The notes: generated from the letters alone by a model not told the origin. 64,000 nucleotides of DNA from an uncultured Bacillales bacterium (GCA_937874465.1 CALNAX010000016.1:8992-72991); one strand, 5' to 3'. Positions 45,598 to 53,976 are shown, counted from the first letter of the stretch. A program made the numbers and translations.

Positions 45598-46413
45598 CTA
45601 AAGCGAGGCGATTTCGGTCATTTCCTTTTGACTCAATTCGAAGTCAAACACCTCGAAATCCTCTCTTTGGTGCCGAGGATCATGCGACTTGGGTATGACT
45701 ATCACCCCGCGCTGAACCTGATAGCGAAGCAGGACTTGGGACCAAGTCTTGCCATACTTCTCGCCTATCTTGCTCAAAGTATCCAAAGTCTGGCCTTTTG
45801 CCCCGGCTAGGGGAGACCAGGCTTCGGGAACAACGCCCTTTTCCTGGCAATGGGCAATCACCGAGTCGTTCCAATTGCCTGGATGGGATTCGATTTGGTT
45901 GACCGTAGGGAATATGTCTCCGTTCTCTATGATGTAATCAAGTTGGCTATTGGAAAAATTTGATACTCCAAGTGACTTGATCTTTCCTTTTGACACTTCC
46001 TTCTCCAACGCTTTCCAAATCCGGAGATTGTCTTCGTCATCAACGGAAGGATGATGGATCAAGAACAAATCCAAGTAGTCCGTGCCTAGGTCTTTCAGCG
46101 TATTGTCGACAGTGGCCTCGATCTCCTCTTCGGTAGCGGCGGCATGCCAGTCCGGTTCAGGTGGGATCTTTGAAGTCAAAAACAGCCTTTCTCGTTCGAT
46201 CCCGCTTGCCGCTATCCCCTTGCCCACTGTCTTTTGGTTGCGATACATGACGGCACAATCGATAAGGCGATAACCGATCTCTATCGCCGATACTACCGGG
46301 GCAAAATCACCATTCAGTTTGCCCATATACTGATTGCCTTCTTTTCCGAAAGTATTGGTTCCAGTCCCTAGTATTGGGATGTCTGCTCCGCTCTTTAGTT
46401 CCACGTAATCCAT
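45598..46413 (-). CDS. Aldo/keto reductase
   Basis: 271 aa. AKR motifs GYRLIDCAVMYRNQ, LDLFLIHHP, IPKSHDPRHQ. Confidence 0.9.
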   Translation of the reverse strand: MDYVELKSGADIPILGTGTNTFGKEGNQYMGKLNGDFAPVVSAIEIGYRLIDCAVMYRNQKTVGKGIAASGIERERLFLTSKIPPEPDWHAAATEEEIEATVDNTLKDLGTDYLDLFLIHHPSVDDEDNLRIWKALEKEVSKGKIKSLGVSNFSNSQLDYIIENGDIFPTVNQIESHPGNWNDSVIAHCQEKGVVPEAWSPLAGAKGQTLDTLSKIGEKYGKTWSQVLLRYQVQRGVIVIPKSHDPRHQREDFEVFDFELSQKEMTEIASL

Positions 46414-46557
46414 TTTGCCTTCTCCTTTGGCTAGATTGTACCTTCTTTGTTTTGAACGTTCTTAACTGAATGCTTGGATGAGTTTGAAAATGATATCGCT
46501 GTCTTTTTGCAAAAGCCCAAATGATAATGGGAAGCACAAAGACAGGGGCTTGAATCC

Positions 46558-48741
46558 ATGGAAAACGATGACAAAGAGAAGAAATGCGATGAATGTGGGA
46601 TGGACATGGGCGACAGGAAAGAAAAGATGAGTTGCTGCGATGACGATATGGATATGAACTCATCCAAAGCAGAAGGCAAGAAACACATGAAGGACATGCC
46701 TGGAATGGCCATGGGACCTTCCATGGATATGCCCGGTGACATGGACATGAATGGGGATTCCTGTGGCATGGATATGGGCCATATGGATATGGGAGGCAAA
46801 CACCATATGGATATGGCCAAGGATTTCCTGGTGAGGTTTGCGGTTTCCACCGTATTGACCTTTCCCGTTCTGTTGCTTTCCGGCTCGTTTATGTCGTTCT
46901 TCAATGTCGATTTCAATCTCCCCGCTTATGTGGGCTACATAGTATTGGCCATCGCTACCGTCATCTTGGTCTATGGTGGCTGGCCTTTCTTCAAGGGGAT
47001 GGTAAAGGAGGTCAAGAAGCTCTCGCCGGGGATGATGACCTTGGTAAGTCTGGCGGTAATCATTTCCTTTGGCTATTCGACCTATTTGGTATTTACCCCC
47101 GATGGGGAAGGGAAAGACTTTTTCTGGGAAATGGCTACCCTTGTTGACGTAATGCTGCTCGGCCATTTCATCGAGATGAAATCGACTATGGGCGCAAAGG
47201 GCTCTCTTATCGGCCTGGCTTCCTTGCTGCCTTCCAAAGTGCATATGATCCATGCCCACGACATGATCATGGATATGGCCTTGAGCCAGGTCAAACCCGG
47301 TGACTTGCTGTTGGTCAAGCCAGGGGAAAAGATACCAGCCGATGGCAAAATAGAAAGCGGTGAAACATCCGTTGACGAATCAATGATTACCGGAGAGGCG
47401 ATTCCCCTGACAAAGCATGAAGATGACAGAGTCATCGGGGGGACTGTCAACCTTGATGGCACGATAAGGTTAAGGGTAGAAAAGGTCGGTCGGGATTCCT
47501 TCGCCTCCCAGATCGTAAGCTTGGTAAACCAAGCGCTGAACTCGAAATCCAAAACCGAAAGAATTGCCGATACCGCCGCAAAATACCTCTTCTATTTGGC
47601 ATTGACTGCCAGCGTCGTAACCGCCATAGTTTGGTCTTCTTTGGGAGCGGATGCGGAATCTGTCGTCGAAAGGGTCGTATCGGTGATAGTGATAACTTGT
47701 CCCCATGCCCTTGGTTTGGCGATTCCCTTGGTTACTTCGATCTCGACTAGCATGGCCTCCAAGAGCGGTATCCTCATCAAGAACCGCACTGCTTTCGAGG
47801 ATGCCCATAACGCAAAGACCGTTGTGTTCGACAAGACCGGCACTTTGACGGAAGGAAAATTCAAGGTGGAAAAGGTCGTCGCCATCTTGGATGGCGTAGA
47901 TATCGCTGATTCCCTGGCTTTGGCTTCCTCCTTGGCCACCCTCTCTTCTCATCCTTTGGACAAAGGCATTTGCGAATACGCTTCCAAGAAGGGCCTTAAG
48001 GTTCGGGAAGTCTCTTCCTTCAAAGCCCTTCCCGGAATTGGGATAGAAGGAATCGTGGAGGGCAAGGACGTGAAAGTGGTTAGCCCACGTTACTTCAAGG
48101 AAAGCCCCATAGCCTTAAACGCGAATTCAAGTTTCACTTTGGACATAGTTGTCATTGACGACAGACCCGTCGCTGCCATTTACCTTGGCGATACCATCCG
48201 TAAAAAGGCCAAGGAAGCAATGGCGAAACTTAATCCTTCGATAGAAACCGTCCTGCTCACGGGCGACAATGCCAATGCCGCTAAATACGTAGCCGATTCA
48301 TTGCATATGTCTTCCTACATTTCAGACGTGAAGCCGGAAGAGAAGGACCGAAAGATCGAAACCCTTAAGGCCAAGGGCAGAAAGGTTGTCATGGTTGGCG
48401 ATGGCATAAACGATGGCCCCGCCTTGGCCGCCAGCGACTTGGGGATAGCAGTGGGTGCTGGTACGGACATTGCCAAGCAGTCTGCGGACGTCATCTTGGT
48501 AAACAGCAATCCCCTCGCGGTGTACTGGACCCTTAAGCTCAGCAGGCTGACTTTCGTCAAGATGATAGAGAACCTTGTATGGGCCACGCTCTATAACATC
48601 CTTGCCCTTCCGATCGCCGCTGGCGTTTTCGCATCCTATGGCTTTGAGATTGCGCCCTGGCTCAGCGCTCTCTTGATGGCGTTGTCTACCGTCATCGTGT
48701 CCATCAATGCCATGTCCATGCGACTGTATAAAATAGAGTAG
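46558..48741 (+). CDS. copB: Copper-translocating P1B-type ATPase, CopB-like (CPH motif) with a Met/Asp/His-rich N-terminus
   Basis: TM motif [29 protein letters not shown]-terminal ~90 aa rich in MDM/MxM repeats and Cys pairs. Confidence 0.9.
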   Translation: MENDDKEKKCDECGMDMGDRKEKMSCCDDDMDMNSSKAEGKKHMKDMPGMAMGPSMDMPGDMDMNGDSCGMDMGHMDMGGKHHMDMAKDFLVRFAVSTVLTFPVLLLSGSFMSFFNVDFNLPAYVGYIVLAIATVILVYGGWPFFKGMVKEVKKLSPGMMTLVSLAVIISFGYSTYLVFTPDGEGKDFFWEMATLVDVMLLGHFIEMKSTMGAKGSLIGLASLLPSKVHMIHAHDMIMDMALSQVKPGDLLLVKPGEKIPADGKIESGETSVDESMITGEAIPLTKHEDDRVIGGTVNLDGTIRLRVEKVGRDSFASQIVSLVNQALNSKSKTERIADTAAKYLFYLALTASVVTAIVWSSLGADAESVVERVVSVIVITCPHALGLAIPLVTSISTSMASKSGILIKNRTAFEDAHNAKTVVFDKTGTLTEGKFKVEKVVAILDGVDIADSLALASSLATLSSHPLDKGICEYASKKGLKVREVSSFKALPGIGIEGIVEGKDVKVVSPRYFKESPIALNANSSFTLDIVVIDDRPVAAIYLGDTIRKKAKEAMAKLNPSIETVLLTGDNANAAKYVADSLHMSSYISDVKPEEKDRKIETLKAKGRKVVMVGDGINDGPALAASDLGIAVGAGTDIAKQSADVILVNSNPLAVYWTLKLSRLTFVKMIENLVWATLYNILALPIAAGVFASYGFEIAPWLSALLMALSTVIVSINAMSMRLYKIE

Positions 48742-48758
48742 CTAAAAGAGGACTTCGC

Positions 48759-49226
48759 ATGGAAAAGGCAAAGAAGGAGATCCCTGTTTCCAAGGTGCTG
48801 GAAGCTTTCACGGCCATAGCCGACCAAAGAGTAGCCAAAGACGATGATCAGACCTTCCTTGTCACTTCTTCGGATAGGAGCAAGGAATATACCGTAAAGG
48901 TCGACGGGGTTTGCTATTCCTCAAACGACAATGCCACCTACTGGCAACATTATGCCGGATATCCCATTATCGCCGTCCTCATCTTCACTGGCAAGATTCC
49001 TTTGGAATGCCCTGATTTGAAGGTGTTCAGGAACATACCTTGGAAAGCGCTCAATACGGCCAATCACAACAGATATGATCTCTCCACAAAAGACGCTTTT
49101 GCCAAACTCGATCCCGCGAAAGTCGACGGAATCATTTCCTCCGCCAAGCGCACCATCACGGACATAGGGAATCTTGGCATAGCCGTGAAGGGAAACAGGG
49201 AAAAGATAATCACTACCCAGGATTAG
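48759..49226 (+). CDS. Hypothetical protein (weak, degenerate SWIM-like core)
   Basis: 155 aa. AAAGAGGA SD. 18 nt after the copB stop. YTVKVDGVCYSSNDNATYWQHYAGYPIIAVLI resembles a SWIM finger but lacks most of the zinc ligands. Confidence 0.55.
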   Translation: MEKAKKEIPVSKVLEAFTAIADQRVAKDDDQTFLVTSSDRSKEYTVKVDGVCYSSNDNATYWQHYAGYPIIAVLIFTGKIPLECPDLKVFRNIPWKALNTANHNRYDLSTKDAFAKLDPAKVDGIISSAKRTITDIGNLGIAVKGNREKIITTQD

Positions 49227-49230
49227 AAAA

Positions 49231-49281
49231 AGCCTCCTATAGGTTCCTATTTGATTGGCGTAACAGCTATAGGAGGCTTTT
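49231..49281 (+). terminator. Long hairpin after the copB operon (terminator-like)
   Basis: AGCCTCCTATAG - about 24-nt loop - CTATAGGAGGCT followed by TTTT. The 3-prime arm contains AGGAGG. Confidence 0.45.
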
Positions 49282-49346
49282 GAAATGTCTTACGAAACGA
49301 AGTCCGTTGGCTATTGCGAAGTGGTTTTTGGGGGTGTGCTTGCCAT

Positions 49347-51026
49347 ATGAGGACCCTAAAGAGCATCGCAGGTGGTTTCGCCGGCCTGCTGACCTTGATG
49401 TCATTGCAATCCTTTGCTCCGGCCAAAGGGTTTCTCAATCCCTCGTCCGCCAATCTTCTGAAGCAGTTCAGCCCCAACACCTCTACGGGCGTCAGTGCGC
49501 AATACTTCTCCCTTAGCCTTGCCGATCTTACCATTTCCGCGAATAAGTCATATGCCTTCATCCTTCCCCAAAAGTTCTCTTTCCAGGACAGCCATAACAT
49601 CGCCTTTTTTTCCGTCATGCTCAAATCCGGTCAGGAATTGATACTTGCAAATGGTTACCAGGAATATGTCGGGTGGTTTGACATTGCCTGGAGCGAGGGC
49701 GCGGATATTTCCAAAAAAGAAGGTGTGGCCTTTGAGCAGGAAGACGATTGGTCGGCGGTGATAATGACCAGCGATTTTGCGCAAAGCCTCGCCTCTGCGA
49801 AAGTCTATTTGGAAGTCGAGGAGGACATTGACATCCGCACCGTCGAGCTGAACGGCTTTTACTCCTATGAGGGTGGAATCGAATTGATGGACGGAGAGTC
49901 TCACACCATAAGCGTAAACGTCGATGATGCCCCGACGATTGACGAAATAATATCCTCGATTTCTTCCTATGACTATTTCGGGGCCGAATGTGAAGTGACC
50001 ATAACCGAAAGCGAAAGAGAGAAATACGACCCGACCAAGATAGGGACCTATTCAGTTGTCATCAATGCCGAGGACAGTTACGGCCAGACCGCATCTGCGA
50101 CTTTGGTCATAGAAGTATTGGACATCGTAAAGCCGACGATAAAGCTCAAGAGCGGCTCTACTTTGTCATTCGTGCCGGGCGATACCCTGTCCGAGAGCTC
50201 CTTGCGTACCTATTTCGAGGTCACGGACAACGCTTTGGATAATGGTGGGACCGTGGGATCCTTGACATTCAAACTTGACTCCGTTTCTCTCACCTCCAGC
50301 GTGACTTTGACTAATTCCGATATCGGCTCCCATACGCTCAGTACCCGGGTTAGCGATTCTTCGGGAAACACGGCTGAGGAGGACTTCACTCTTGTGGTTA
50401 GGGATACCCTTGGGCCGGTGGTCTCTTTGAAAGAAGGATCCGGAAACCAAATCACTTTGGGAGTTACGGAGTTTGTCCAAACCAGCGATGCTGAGTTCCT
50501 CTCCTTCTTCAAGGCTCAGGACGAGACGGACGGAAACGTAAGCGGCACCCTTCGCCTCGAAACCGAAATCCCCAAGAAGGTGGGCGATTATTCGGTAAAT
50601 GTCTTGGCAAACGATACTTCGGGCAACGTCGGCAGCTTTGGCGTGGTTGTCCACATACTCGAGGATTTCCCACCCGTTTTCCTACTGACGGATGCCATCA
50701 TCGCATCAGCGGACAATCCCCTTACTTCGGATCAGATCAAGTCGATAGTCATGAGGGCATTGGAGAACCAAGGCGAATCGTTAGCCGAAGTCTACGTAAA
50801 TGCTGACGGCTATCTTTCGACTCCTTCCCTCCCCGGAACTTACGAGTTGGAATACCGGGCAGTTAGGACCGACGGCACTTCCTTTGAAGGCTCCATAAAC
50901 ATCAAGGTCATGGAGAGGACATATGAAGAGGAAAATTGGTGGCAAATGGCTTGGGAATCCATAACCCTGTTCTTCAACCGGCTCTGGAATTTCCTGACCG
51001 GTAAGGGGTGGACTGTTACCGAATAA
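49347..51026 (+). CDS. Secreted/surface protein with repeated Ig-like (HYR/DUF5011-type) domains
   Basis: Start at MRTLKSIAGGFAGLLTLMSLQSFA (signal peptide). At least three repeats of the pattern ..D..DG/GN...L.V.V.D...P (e.g. NAEDSYGQTASATLVIEVLDIVKPTI; VSDSSGNTAEEDFTLVVRDTLGPVV; ANDTSGNVGSFGVVVHILEDFPPVF). Trp-rich hydrophobic C-terminus. Confidence 0.7.
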   Translation: MRTLKSIAGGFAGLLTLMSLQSFAPAKGFLNPSSANLLKQFSPNTSTGVSAQYFSLSLADLTISANKSYAFILPQKFSFQDSHNIAFFSVMLKSGQELILANGYQEYVGWFDIAWSEGADISKKEGVAFEQEDDWSAVIMTSDFAQSLASAKVYLEVEEDIDIRTVELNGFYSYEGGIELMDGESHTISVNVDDAPTIDEIISSISSYDYFGAECEVTITESEREKYDPTKIGTYSVVINAEDSYGQTASATLVIEVLDIVKPTIKLKSGSTLSFVPGDTLSESSLRTYFEVTDNALDNGGTVGSLTFKLDSVSLTSSVTLTNSDIGSHTLSTRVSDSSGNTAEEDFTLVVRDTLGPVVSLKEGSGNQITLGVTEFVQTSDAEFLSFFKAQDETDGNVSGTLRLETEIPKKVGDYSVNVLANDTSGNVGSFGVVVHILEDFPPVFLLTDAIIASADNPLTSDQIKSIVMRALENQGESLAEVYVNADGYLSTPSLPGTYELEYRAVRTDGTSFEGSINIKVMERTYEEENWWQMAWESITLFFNRLWNFLTGKGWTVTE

Positions 51027-51301
51027 CACCCTCATGTTTCAAAAAGGGTTGTATTCTTCAAATGCATCGTCAAACAAATTGATATTTGTTGATTGAGTTG
51101 AGCATCCAAGATGTTCTATGACCTAGCCAAAAAAGGGTATGACGGGATTCTGGTGAATGCTTTCGTCATGCACAGGCAAAGAGGGTCTTACCAAGCTTTC
51201 TTTTGCGAATTGGAAATCGTAAGCGGCATAGTTATGGAAGCGGAGGACAGGCCTCTCTTATGCTCGTTGCCAGTTAAGGTTCCTGAATATTGAAATCCAG
51301 C

Positions 51302-51330
51302 AAAAAAGCCAACCTTTTGCGGTTGGCTTT
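51302..51330 (-). terminator. Rho-independent terminator after tRNA-Pro
   Basis: Minus strand: GCCAACC-gcaaaa-GGTTGGC followed by TTTTTT. Confidence 0.65.
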
Positions 51331-51348
51331 TCACGACATAATCACTAA

Positions 51349-51425
51349 TGGTTGGAACAGTGAGATTCGAACTCACGACCCCTTCCACCCCAAGGAAGTG
51401 CGCTACCAAGCTGCGCTATGTCCCA
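51349..51425 (-). tRNA. tRNA-Pro (anticodon GGG)
   Basis: 77 nt. Acceptor TGGGACA/TGTTCCA, D stem GCGC/GCGC, anticodon arm CTTCC-TTGGGGT-GGAAG (G37), T arm GTGAG-TTCGAAT-CTCAC, discriminator A, encoded CCA. Confidence 0.9.
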
Positions 51426-51437
51426 AGCGCGTTCTAA

Positions 51438-51465
51438 ATTATACCCCGTTGTTAGGACAATGCAA
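51438..51465 (-). promoter_or_regulatory. Sigma-70-type promoter for tRNA-Pro
   Basis: Minus strand: TTGCAT - 16 nt - TATAAT, about 12 nt upstream of the tRNA. Confidence 0.5.
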
Positions 51466-51485
51466 GGCTTAAGGGGAAAATAAGA

Positions 51486-51838
51486 TTAGGCCTTTTTGAC
51501 AACTTGGGCACCAACCGGGAACAGGCAAAGCCTTGCGAGTTCGAAATATATTTTGGAGAAAGAAATCCCGATTATCGTAATGAACAGCAAAGCCCCGGTA
51601 ATGACCAAACCCAGCGCCATCTCCAAACCTCCGAAGATTATCTAGATGACGTTTAGTACCGTAGACAGCGTTCCCGAAGAGGTCTTGATTTCCCTACCGA
51701 ATGGCCAAAGCACGTAGGAGGCCATCTTAAAGCATCCTAACCCTATGGGTATTAAGACGATGGTAAGACAGTAGGCAATGCCCAATACGAATAGCACCAC
51801 GGCCCAGACGAAGCCACCCAGCACCAACCACAAAACAT
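51486..51838 (-). pseudogene. YccF-like (two DUF307 repeats) membrane protein gene interrupted by an in-frame TAG
   Basis: Repeat 1 is ORF 51642..51833: ..NVLWLVLGGF..TIVLIPIGLGCFKMASYVLWPFG. The same frame continues after TAG (51642-51644) as IIFGGLEMALGLVITGALLFITIIGISFSKIYFELARLCLFPVGAQVVKKA, with a stop at 51486. The TAG aligns with the Trp of repeat 1. The best-placed ATG (51838) is out of frame. Confidence 0.6.
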
Positions 51839-51886
51839 TTCCTATTGTCCTCCTTTTCGTTGCCTCGATTAATTAAAGCACATATT

Positions 51887-53770
51887 CTATTTTTTATTGT
51901 CTCGCAATGCCCTAAGGGCGGAGAATATTGAAACCAGGTCGACCCCTTCCTGCAGGCAAGCCCCGATCAAGGCCGGAATTATTCCCGTTGCGGCAATGAC
52001 TTCCAAAAGAAGGGACAGGAAGATTCCAATCAAGACCGACTGCCGGGCAATCCTAAGAGTCTCTTTCGATATCGCGACGCTCTTCGCCACCTTTGCGAAA
52101 TCGTCCACAAGTATGACCATATCGGCAGATTGAGCCGCTGCTGCCGAGCCTCTGGCGCCCATCGCCAAACCGACATCGGCAGCAGCCAAGACCGGGGCGT
52201 CGTTTATGCCATCCCCAACCATTGCGATTGGCTTGTCTTCTTTACCTAGTGATGTTATGGCGTCTATCTTGTCTTGGGGCAGGCAATTTGCCTTGATGTC
52301 CGTAATACCCACTTCCTTGGCTACTTCTTGGGCAATCCTTTCGTTGTCACCAGTAAGCAAAATGGTTTTCTTGATGCCTAAGCTGGTCAGTTTCTCAAGT
52401 GTCTTCCGCGACTCTGGCCTCACGATGTCTTTGAAGGTTATGTATCCGGCGTATCTTCCATCTATTGAAACGAATGTCGAGGTTTCGTTTATCTTGCCTT
52501 CTTTGTCCGGAAGGACAAAAGCCCGTTTGCCCAGTTTCACCTGGTGCCCCTGGACATTAGCCAAAAGACCATTTCCGGGAATCTCCTTTACCCCTTCCAC
52601 TGGCAATAGCGCTTTTTTGCCTACGTAATCCACCAGTGACCTGGCGACGATATGGCTGGAGTTTTGCTCTGCGCTGGCGGTAAGGATAGCCAGGCCATCG
52701 GAGGTGATTCCGTCGGTGGGGAACACCCCATCCACCACCAAAACGCCTTTGGTTATCGTCCCGGTCTTGTCGAAAGCGATGGTCTTCACGGCCGCAAGCC
52801 TCTCCAGGGCATCGGAATTCTTGACTATGATCCCGTTCTTGGAAGACCGACTCATTCCTGATACTAGGGCTATGGGGGCTGCCAATATCAATGGGCAAGG
52901 TGATGCCACGACCAAAACTTCAGCGGCTCTCCTAAATCCTTCGCCAACCGAGGCGTCTTCGTTCAAGGCCCAATAGATAAGCCAAGCCAAGCCGGCGATA
53001 AGGTAAGAGACGAGGGTGAATGGCACGGCGTATCTATCTGCCACACGCACGAATTTGCTAGGTTTGCTCTCGGCTTCTTTCACGAGTTCGACGATAGTCT
53101 GAAACTGGCTTGTCTTTGCCGTCTTCAACGCTACGATGGTCAAAGGGGAATCGCCATTTACGGCCCCCGATAGGACAACAGTCCCAACTGTTGCCTCTAC
53201 CAAGGCCGATTCACCGCTTATCGAGGATTCATCAAGGTATGACTGACCCTTCAAGACTCTTCCATCGACTGGTATGGACTCCCCGGTACGTATCGAGAGT
53301 ATGTCCCCTGGCTTTACCGAATTGACGTCGACATCCTTTTCTATTCTGTCTTTGACGACATGGGCTGTGGTTGGATTGTGGTTCAAAAGGAAGGTCAGGT
53401 TGGCCCGCGCTTTGTTGCTGGCATAATCTTCCAGCGCCTGGCCACCGGTAATCATTACCATTATCATCAGTGAAGCCCAATAGCCCTCGATAGTCACGTT
53501 CCCGAATTTGTCATCGATGAATAAGGTTACGAAAATGGCCGTAAGAGCCAAAATGTCTACTCCCACTTTCCCAGACCGAAACGTTTGGATCATCTCGACT
53601 ATCATGTTGATCGCGACTATCACTGCGGCAGCGAGAGCCACAAACCAGCTCGGAGAAAGCAAGGCGAAACCACCGACAAAGCCAAATCCTTCCCTAAGGA
53701 TTACGGCAATCAGTATTGCCATCAACACAATGCAAAGGAGCATCATATTCCTTCTACGTTCCCAAGACAT
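51887..53770 (-). CDS. Heavy-metal P1B-type ATPase, SPC-motif (P1B-4, Co/Ni/Zn-type), no N-terminal metal-binding domain
   Basis: 627 aa. TM motif VVASPCPLILAAP, DKTGTITKG, GDGINDAP. The N-terminus goes directly into TM helices. Confidence 0.9.
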   Translation of the reverse strand: MSWERRRNMMLLCIVLMAILIAVILREGFGFVGGFALLSPSWFVALAAAVIVAINMIVEMIQTFRSGKVGVDILALTAIFVTLFIDDKFGNVTIEGYWASLMIMVMITGGQALEDYASNKARANLTFLLNHNPTTAHVVKDRIEKDVDVNSVKPGDILSIRTGESIPVDGRVLKGQSYLDESSISGESALVEATVGTVVLSGAVNGDSPLTIVALKTAKTSQFQTIVELVKEAESKPSKFVRVADRYAVPFTLVSYLIAGLAWLIYWALNEDASVGEGFRRAAEVLVVASPCPLILAAPIALVSGMSRSSKNGIIVKNSDALERLAAVKTIAFDKTGTITKGVLVVDGVFPTDGITSDGLAILTASAEQNSSHIVARSLVDYVGKKALLPVEGVKEIPGNGLLANVQGHQVKLGKRAFVLPDKEGKINETSTFVSIDGRYAGYITFKDIVRPESRKTLEKLTSLGIKKTILLTGDNERIAQEVAKEVGITDIKANCLPQDKIDAITSLGKEDKPIAMVGDGINDAPVLAAADVGLAMGARGSAAAAQSADMVILVDDFAKVAKSVAISKETLRIARQSVLIGIFLSLLLEVIAATGIIPALIGACLQEGVDLVSIFSALRALRDNKK

Positions 53771-53773
53771 TTT

Positions 53774-53938
53774 CTATCCTTTCTTGGGATCTTCCTTGGC
53801 AGGGGTGGTGTCACAACGAGATACCTGCCGTGAGATCTCAATTTGTGACGCCTGAAGGCCCAGCCTTCTGCCGCATTCGTTTCTATAGGATAGTTGGGTA
53901 AATGCGGAATCTTTTCTCAGGGGTTTAACCCCGACACC
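53774..53938 (-). promoter_or_regulatory. Structured 5-prime leader (riboswitch-like, possibly NiCo/czcD class) of the SPC-type ATPase
   Basis: Nested helices read on the minus strand: GGGGT/ACCCC, CCGCATT/AATGCGG, GGCAG/CTGCC, AAGGC/GCCTT, GTCACAA/TTGTGAC, GAGAT/ATCTC. CTATCCT is complementary to the SD region AGGATAG. No ORF. Confidence 0.4.
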
Positions 53939-53944
53939 GACGCA

Positions 53945-53972
53945 ATTATAGCAAAATGACCCAGATTTTCAA
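53945..53972 (-). promoter_or_regulatory. Sigma-70-type promoter of the ATPase leader
   Basis: Minus strand: TTGAAA - 16 nt - TATAAT, immediately after the uvrC stop. Confidence 0.5.
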
Positions 53973-53976
53973 TTTA

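Noticed and set aside
46414-46557. Looked for CopY (TACAnnTGTA) or CsoR-type operators and a clear promoter upstream of copB.
   Set aside because: Only weak matches were found, and no convincing -35/-10 pair or operator palindrome could be supported from the sequence.
51111-51293. 60-aa ORF in the 270-nt gap between the surface-protein gene and tRNA-Pro.
   Set aside because: It has no SD, no recognisable family, and it runs into the tRNA terminator. It may be a gene remnant. I also looked for a direct repeat of the tRNA-Pro 3-prime end that would mark an integrated island, and saw none by eye.
53771-53944. Considered a yybP-ykoY (Mn2+) riboswitch or an M-box for the ATPase leader.
   Set aside because: The conserved yybP-ykoY loop sequences (GGAGAGUAG-like and UUGACAUA-like) are not present, and the leader is too short for an M-box. 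NiCo-like or novel remains the working hypothesis.
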